DNA of 64,000 nucleotides from Bugula neritina (Eukaryota; Animalia; Bryozoa), in contig OZ037766.1 of NCBI GenBank assembly GCA_964035545.1, positions 32,602,773 through 32,666,772 of the forward strand, in the 5' to 3' direction. Below, in pieces: positions 55,898 through 64,000 of the stretch. The translations under genes and the position numbers were made by a program. Position 1 is the first letter of the stretch. Each line of letters begins with the position of its first letter. Under the pieces are notes generated by a model. The model had not been told where the DNA came from. It saw only the letters and a program-made list of their open reading frames with translations, and did no database searches.

Positions 55898-57531
55898 CTT
55901 TGCTCTGCACGCTGCTACAGATGTATGAGAATATTTATTAAAACTTCAAGGAAAAGTGGTATATTAAAAAATCAATAATATTGACTAGAAACATATGGAA
56001 TACTCGACCGTTTACATATTAGCAAGACAACTCCTCTAATATACTATTTGTTAGAAAAATCAATACATAATTTAAAAGTACAACAGTAGTACTGATATGT
56101 ATGAGTGAAGAAAATTAAACAAGGACAGCAACTCCTATGCCCTATGGTATTGTTGTGATCATTCAATACACATCGAAAACTGTGATTGTATATTTGCTAT
56201 GTGAATGATATGGTATATTATGTGAATATTGCTGTGTGCTGAAGAGTATATTTAGGCTATACTATATATACTCAAAAAACCTGCATCATAATGATCACAC
56301 AAATACAATGTGTATACCAGTAAAATTAGTGGTTACATAACTAGTGTGTAAACACAACTCATCCATTATTCTACAAATACTGCGCATGGCAAGTTGAAAT
56401 ATGTGACCTACAATGATTGAGGCTAGTTTTGTTGTTGCTATAACTGTGTCACGTGCACCCAGAGAGTCATAAGAATCAACGGATTAGTGTCTTGTGGAGT
56501 GACACATATTTAATTTATTTCCTTATGTTCCTTGTAGACTTTACTAATCGTGATACTGAAATGCAATTTCAAAACATAGATAGATAAATAATGTCCTAAA
56601 ATATTAATATGTACAATAACTGAAACAGCTAAACAACAAACATGTGCAAATGTAACAACAATGTACAACTAATCAAATGTATAAATGAACAATAGTTCAC
56701 AAAAAGTTGGTACTTTTTCCTCCTTAGGTGAATGTAATAATTAACCAAATATAAAACAATTTCAAACTAAATACTAATTTCTATAACACTATTTGTTCAA
56801 TTATAGTAGGCTTCTGCTTTCTCTGTTGCTTCTTTTCTATTTTATGTGCTCAAGGCTATTTATTAGGTTGCTATATCAGCTAACTTTCATAAAATATAGC
56901 TGTCATCATAGCTCTAAGAAAACTGCCTTTTATGTGATGAATGCTTCTACTGATTATGCACTTTACAATAACCAAACATCAAAGAGTGTAAATCTACAAG
57001 AAATGAGAAATCTAAAGCTGCTTCAGTTAGTTCATCTATATTTTCCAAATCTAAATATCATATGTACGTGTACAGTAAATGGCCTTGGTGCTTTAGAGTT
57101 GATTAAACAGATGATGTAACAACTAGTATACTGTTATTATGTAACAATAGTTGAAATTGATAGTTGAAAAGTTCAACATATTTTTATAGAATTCATTGGA
57201 AAATGTAGAAAAAAATTATTTATTATATAAAAAGTAAAAAACGATAAATACAACACAATGCACCATACAGTATTGCAGTAATAAATACAGTACAATGCAT
57301 CATAGTTCATACAGGATTGTAATAATAAATAAAGAGAATAAATTTATTAGCAGACGCATTGCAACCAAAGAAGAAGAGAGAAAAACTCCAAGAGAAACTC
57401 TCTGAAATATTAATTGGAATTCAAGTGACCTTACAGACATGTTGGTCTAGTGTCAGAAGGTGTCAGCAAGTGTCAGCAAGTGTTAGCAAGTGTTAGCAAG
57501 TGTTAGTAAAATAGTGACTAGAGGGAGAAGC

Positions 57532-60500
57532 TCAGTGAAGCTGGGCAATGTCTGAGAACATCTGCAAGATATCATTGATAGAGAAGTCTAGGGAAATGTT
57601 AGAGTCAGCATAGCACCGCTTCAACATGCTGACAAACAGGTTGTATTGGTGGAGGAACTGCTTCTGTACTGAGGTCCACACCACCTGCAACACGTCCACA
57701 GACAGGTTACCTACTAGGTTAGTCGCTGATAATTTGACAGATTTACTTCTATTAACTACACTAAGTACTAACAACGCTGACAACTTACCTGTAACAAGTT
57801 CTCTTCTTCACACATGTGCTTTTCTAACTTCTTGTACAAGGTTTCCAGCCCTTTACGTACCTACAGCAAATTATATACTCCGAGAAAAGTGAATGGGCAT
57901 ATTTACTCACTGGCTGTATTAGTATCATCTATTTATTCTCCATATCAAGGGAAAGACACACGTATTACACACAAGGTCACATGTACTACACACAAGGTCA
58001 CACGTACTACACACAAGGTCACACGTACTACACACAAGGTCACACATATTACACACAAGGTCACATGTACTACACACAAGGTCACATGTACTACACACAA
58101 GGTCACATGTATTACATTACAAACCTCTTTAGCAGGATATTCTTTGATTACTTTACGTAATTCTGTCTTATTAAAAGCCAACAAATACCCCACTTCCTCT
58201 TCCTTCACCCCCGACTTAAGCTTCTCCTCCACCCCCTCGAAGAACAGCTAAAAAGAGAGTATGGGAGTTGTCACACTCTAGTTAACATCAGGTATGGGAG
58301 TTATCATACTCTAGTTAACATCTGGTATGGGAGTTATCATTCTCTAGCTAACATCTGGTATGGGAGTTGTCATACTTACAGTCAACTTCTCCATGGGGGT
58401 CCCCAGCTGCTCCTGCACATAAGCTTGCATGTGTTCCTGGTACCTCAGTCTAGCCTCCTTCCTCTCCGCGTCCAGACAGCTGATCTTCATTTGAGACAGC
58501 AAAGCTGGCAGCATAGAGTAGTGCAGTATAACAGTATGCCAACAAAATCATTTTTGAGGATAAACCAAATTGGGGTAAAAAGTGACAGAAAAGATCAACT
58601 ATCAGTAGATTATTCCTTTTAGTGATAGATATAAAACAGTTGACGCATTCCTTATTTTTGTGTATTCTTTGAAAAAAAACTGCAAAATAACTAAAACTGC
58701 TACCAGCTGACTTTCACTAATTTTCAGGAACTCAACACAAGAAAGAATGAGTGTTACTGAGTGAGTGAGTGTTAGTGAGAGGGTAAGTGTTAGTGAGAGT
58801 TGGTGAGAGTGTTACTGAGTGAGTTTAATAAATTTTTCTGAAACGAGAAGCGAAATGCTAGACTCACCATGAATTCTGTGAAGGTTTTCAAACATGATGA
58901 CGTGTCTGGGTGTCTTGAAATGCTCAGAGGCGATACGCGCCACTTCAGTGAACAGCTTCTGAGCAAGCACCTTGTACGCCTTGTCTAGGTCCGACCGCCT
59001 GTCAGAGTTGTGGAAAATACTCTCAGACTGCTCTGCAAACTCCTGGAAGTAGCATATGTGTGACAAGTGTGACAGGATATATGACGAGTGTGACAGAATA
59101 TATGACGAGTGTGACAGAATGTGACAAGTGTGACAGAATATGTGACAAGTGTGACAGAGTATATGACGAGTGTGACAGAATGTGACAAGTGTGACAGAAT
59201 ATGTGACAAGTGTGACAGAATATGTGACAAGTGTGACAGAGTCTACCCACCTCAAACACGTGTACAAAGGAAATGATTCCACATCTAGACTTTTTGCTTG
59301 GCTTTGTTTCTTCAAAGCTTTTACACTGTACCTTCTGCAATACATGTTACATGCGTCAGGGCTAGCTTTACCTGTATAACACTTACTATATCATACTTAT
59401 ATATCACACTTAATATATCACACTTACTATACTATACTTACTATAATATACTTACTATATCATACTTATTACAATATACTTACGATATACTCGTCAAAGG
59501 TACGTTTGACAGACACTGAAGCCGTTCCGTAAACTTTAGAAAGGAACAATCCGGAAGAGGCAGCCAACTTTGTGTGGTGACTCAGGTGAACGAGGAGACT
59601 AAGGGAGTAGCTGGAACAGACAGACATAGTCTGAGAAACAGACAGACATAGTCTGAGAAGCAGACAGACATAGTCTGAGAAACAGAGAGACATAGTCTGA
59701 GAAACACGCAGTATGCAATCGTGTTCAACACCATCATAGTTTTAGTTGGATAATTTTAATCTTGCGCTGTCACATTGAAAACAGTTCCAAAACTCTACGA
59801 TGCAAAACTTGAAAATGAAAAAAAAAAATATAATCTGTGAAAATACACAACTAAATTATATAATATACCAATATACAGTAGTAAAGCAACTTACAAGGTG
59901 TCCTGTTTAACGCAATGGTTGATAAAACTGGACAAATGTTTCTCCAAGTTTTGGAAGATTTCACCAAGAAGCAGCCGGGTAGAATGATCAGCGGTTTTAC
60001 TGAAAGAGAGAAGATATCTGCGAAACCTGTTAGAGGTGACTATAGTCTTTAGTTACCAATAACGGTGATTAGGCAGAATTAGTAAAAGCAGAGTTAGTAT
60101 TGTCTAAAATAAATGTATAATTTCATACACAAAACACAAATTACCAAATTTCAGAGCATTTTATACTGTTCATAGAAAGCAACCAACTTTGAGTAAATTA
60201 CAAGGCGAATGCTTCTTTTAGTTTCCGGGAGTTAAAACATGTTTTGCAATTCATCTTTGGGGTTATAATTTTGAGGGATTTGGTGACCCAACACTCTGTG
60301 ACACACTTTTAAGGTTGGAAATTGGGCTATCTACTGAGCCATTCATTAGGAGTACAAACAAGCTTGTACTAATGAATTGTAATGGTAGCACTGCTAACAG
60401 AGGCCTCATCTATGTACTTCTGTCTTTCTGTATCACAGGCAATATTCTACATGTAAATCTAAGGGGGGTAGTTGAGTACACCCCAAGCTTCACTAGAAGC

Positions 60501-63500
60501 GCAGCTAGAGGTCACGAACTCACTACTACACCATATTACTCATGCTAAAGATAATATTACTGGGGATTAGCATAGAAACTGGGGTCAGCTTCAGCCTAGG
60601 CATCCACAGAGTGGACCAATGGGTGACAGGCGTTGCAGGAGGCTAGGCAGCAACGGCAGCTTTGAGTTCTACAGCAACGGCAGCATTGAGTTCTAGAGCA
60701 AGTTTGCGATACGTGAGAGCGTGATTTGCGTAAAAGCAAATGGTAGGCCAAGTGACATTGAGCAATGAGAATTTCAATAGAAATTTAAAACGTGTAGAAG
60801 ATTCCAGAAGAAAGCAAAACATGTAGAACTTTCTCTGTGTGTGCGTGGGTTAGGAAGCACCTTACACAAATACAAACATTTCTTCATCACCGGTGTTAGC
60901 AGCGAACTGATCCACTTCTAGCCAGAAGCCACTGTGATGGGAGACGTATGAACAGCAAGTAGTAGTGTAATACAATATTATATAACTCACAACTATGATA
61001 CATAACATAACAAATATAACAATTACACTGACAAATTAGTTAGTGTATAAACTAGATAAAATCATAACAGAATATGATGCTACATAACAGAGGAATGTGT
61101 GGGGCATTCAAACAGACGACAAGCCCCAACAGATTGAACAGTCACATACCCAGAATAACACACTAGCCATTTATTAGGAGTCTTTTATGCACAACTTTTT
61201 CACAAGTTCTACTAGAGACACACTGCATATGCACAGTAATATAACAGAAGAGGGGGGCATAGATGAGAGAGGGACGGAGGGAGGGAGAGAGGGAGGGAGG
61301 GAGAGAGGGAGGGAGAGAGGGAGGAGGGGGAGAAATGGAGAGGGGGAGAGAAAGTGATTAGAAATACAGGCCACAATACTCACTCATCTTCTCCTTCAGC
61401 TGTCCCCTGTAATATAACAATACAATGCATGTGAGTTGATACATAATACACCTGTGTGATACATAATACAGCTGAGTTGATACATAATACAGGTGTGTGA
61501 TACATAATACAGCTGAGTTGATGCATAATACAGGTGTGTGATACATAATACAGCTGTGTGACACATAATACAGCTGTGTGATACATAATACAGCTGTGTT
61601 GACACATTAGCGAACAGAAAGCTACTTACCAGCATATGGAAGAATTTGACACAGAATTCCTGCTCTGCCATACAAATGGGAGACAACTCTGCAAACACCT
61701 TCTCTATCATCTGTCAAACAACAGACTAACAGTTGAATATTATATTATATGGAACTTGAAATTGTGGTGCAAACAATACAATACATTTACTACCCACAAC
61801 TCTGTCTAAATCAGTGTAACTATAGCTTGTTGAATGTATCAACTCAACAAAACAGTAAATTTTTTTCATAATTTCTGGGCTACAAACATGCAACTTCTTT
61901 GACAAGGTAGCAGAAAGTTGGCGTATAGCCATGTTCAATATATAAATAAAACATTAGAACATCTTCAAAATGTTCAACACATCATAAAGGTTCAACAGTT
62001 CAACACATACCTTGTTGAAAGCCTGTCTAGCCTGCTTGTCAGCTGTCCGTTGCCTGGGATCCAAACTCTGTAAACTCTCCGAGGAACCGGCGCTATTTCT
62101 AACAGCAAGAGCAGCCGACACGTGCTTAGACTCTTTGTTCCCGACTCGGAGCTTCGCTGCTTCCAGGAAGTCTCCTATTTCCTTCTCGTAGACAGCCTTT
62201 AGCGCGTCAGTGTAGGTCTGCAATGAATAGATGGCGGTGAGCGAGTGTGTGACAGCTGAGTGAGTGAGTGGCAGGTGAATGTTGTAGGTGAATGTGACAA
62301 TTGAATGTGACACTTGTGTGACAGATGAGAATGTGACAACTGAATGCGTGGCATGTGTGAGACAGCTGAGTGGGTGAGTGACACATGAATATGACAGGTG
62401 TGTGACAGGTGAGTGACAGGTGAGTGATTGACAGGTGAATATGACAGGTGAGTAATTGATACTTACAGTCTGCAAGCTATGGAATTTAGAAAAGTCCACT
62501 TTACGAAGCCAAAGCATGAGTCCGGTATACGGCAGCAGATCTCTGTGCTGGTTGTGGTGATTCTGCATTCTTATCTCCCCAGACCGAAGAGTTCCGTGTA
62601 AAGAGTTTATCTGATACAGCAAAAATAAGAGTCAACTCTTGCAAGACATCAACAAATGTTGCAGCTAACATACATTGAAGGTAATGAACAATGAAGTGCG
62701 ACATAGCATTAGCGCTGTGTTGGACAGAAGAGCTTACATTGACCAAATTGATTGCAGACTATCGCAAATCTTTCCAAGGAGAAACAGAAATATGAATGAC
62801 AGCGGAAAGCAACTACTGCTGACTTTATTAATTGGTTGTCTGCTGATTAGGTAGCTCAGTGGCAGCTAGAAGCACTTTAGAGCTATGAAGCCTGTGAACT
62901 GCAGATTAAAAAGCAAATAATGAAAGGCGAAAGCAATTTGTGTCTAATTAAATATTCACATGTTATATACACTATCGTGACTGATGTACATATGAAAGGG
63001 CTATAAGACACCCACCCACAAGTTTACAGATACCACACAGACTAAGGCTACACATTAGAAACCAAACCACACAATAATTTGCTCTTACCTTGCTCTCTGT
63101 GGTCTAGAGGTAAAACAAACAGACATTCAGGTATAGCATGCGCTAGCTTGATGCAAGACTTGTTAACAGTACATAGCGCTATAACATAAGGTGATATCTG
63201 GGGTATAATGATAGGAAGGTGATGGTATATGATGAGGTAACTCTGATAGCACACAAGAGAGGCTGGGGGAGTGCATGTGGAGGTTTGTAATGCCGCACCT
63301 CATGCAGAATTCTAATTCAACTCTGCAAGACGAGCTGTGTTACAACCCAGCATCACAGTGAGGAATACATAATTTGAGTGTAGGTTGATATTACAACATA
63401 TTAGCAGTGAATACATACTGCTACATAGATAAATGACAACTTTCACTGATGGTTTGTATGACGTGTGAGTAGAGCATAACTCCTACTACTTATCAAGTAG

Positions 63501-63710
63501 GGAAAGAGAACATAACTCCTGCTTCTTACTATACAAATGAAGATAATGCAACTCCTACTACTTACTATACAAAGAAGAGAACACAACTCTCACTACCTAC
63601 CTTGTGAGTGAAAAGATTATTGAGGTGATGAGTGAGACGTCGTGCAAACTCACTCGACAGTTTCTGCATCTTATTCTTCTGGTCCTTTACTGCCTCCATG
63701 CTGAGCAGAG
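57532..63710 (-). CDS. EXOC1: Exocyst complex component 1 (Sec3), 3' portion; 5' exons lie beyond the right edge
   Basis: Recognisable segments [41 protein letters not shown]...[47 protein letters not shown], and C-terminus [15 protein letters not shown]...[26 protein letters not shown]. Confidence 0.93.
57955..58115. repeat. 21-bp minisatellite (CACACAAGGTCACA[TC]GTACTA) in an EXOC1 intron
   Basis: About 7 copies. Confidence 0.9.
58258..58376. repeat. 33-bp minisatellite (GTATGGGAGTT[AG]TCATACTCTAGTTAACATC.G) filling an EXOC1 intron
   Basis: About 3.5 copies between donor and acceptor. Confidence 0.85.
59055..59240. repeat. 19-21-bp minisatellite (GTGTGACAGAATAT[AG]TGAC[AG]A) filling an EXOC1 intron
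   Basis: Visible tandem copies. Confidence 0.9.
59617..59705. repeat. 21-22-bp minisatellite (CAGACAGACATAGTCTGAGAA) at an EXOC1 acceptor
   Basis: 4 copies. Confidence 0.85.
61430..61606. repeat. 20-22-bp minisatellite (GATACATAATACAGCTGTGT) filling an EXOC1 intron
   Basis: About 8 copies. Confidence 0.9.
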
Positions 63711-64000
63711 CTGAAACAGGAGAACACAACTATGATGATGGTAGGTGAGAGACTTAACAATCAGTTAACGGCAAGCAACAGCAATTATTAAGTTCAGCTA
63801 AATCACAGGCCGGCTGTATTAAAATGAAAAGTTGTTCATAAAGTCAACTTTTGTTTCTCATTTTGACAGTCTGTCTAGCTGAAGATAATAACATCTACAA
63901 ACTCCCACACACTGTGGACAGTGAGAAGGTGTAAGTGAAGGGTGTAAGTAGAGGGGTGCAAGTAGAGAGAGTGTGAGAGGGAGGGGACATAAGTAAGGGG

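Noticed and set aside
60440-60730. GC-richer island with a 24-bp duplication in an EXOC1 intron (ncRNA or transposon?)
   Set aside because: No snoRNA boxes, termini or coding signal that I could support.

Overview
AT-rich, intron-rich animal (probably invertebrate) genomic DNA; it is not prokaryotic and has no CRISPR arrays or operons. Most ORF-track entries are exon fragments or repeat artefacts. By reading GT-AG junctions and checking intron phases by hand I assembled ten spliced genes: (1) a secreted Sushi/CCP-repeat protein (-, runs off the left edge) with one module carrying a Tyr/Arg/Ser-rich insert; (2) a 6-exon, 196-aa secreted protein that looks like a highly divergent FGF/beta-trefoil (+); (3) a 9-exon basic low-complexity protein (-); (4, 9) two convergent paralogues with the architecture signal peptide - 2x pentraxin/LamG-like - PAN/Apple, one with a mucin stalk, plus a decayed third PAN exon inside an intron; (5, 6) two tandem TMEM272-like genes; (7) an SLX4-like scaffold with a recently triplicated AT-hook; (8) a small single-pass membrane protein; (10) the 3' part of EXOC1/Sec3. 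Non-coding content includes a tRNA-derived SINE-like fragment, two MITE-like inverted repeats and many mini/microsatellites. A recurring pattern is tandem duplication right at splice donors, acceptors and stop codons. Gene models are manual, and family calls rest on motif recognition rather than database searches.
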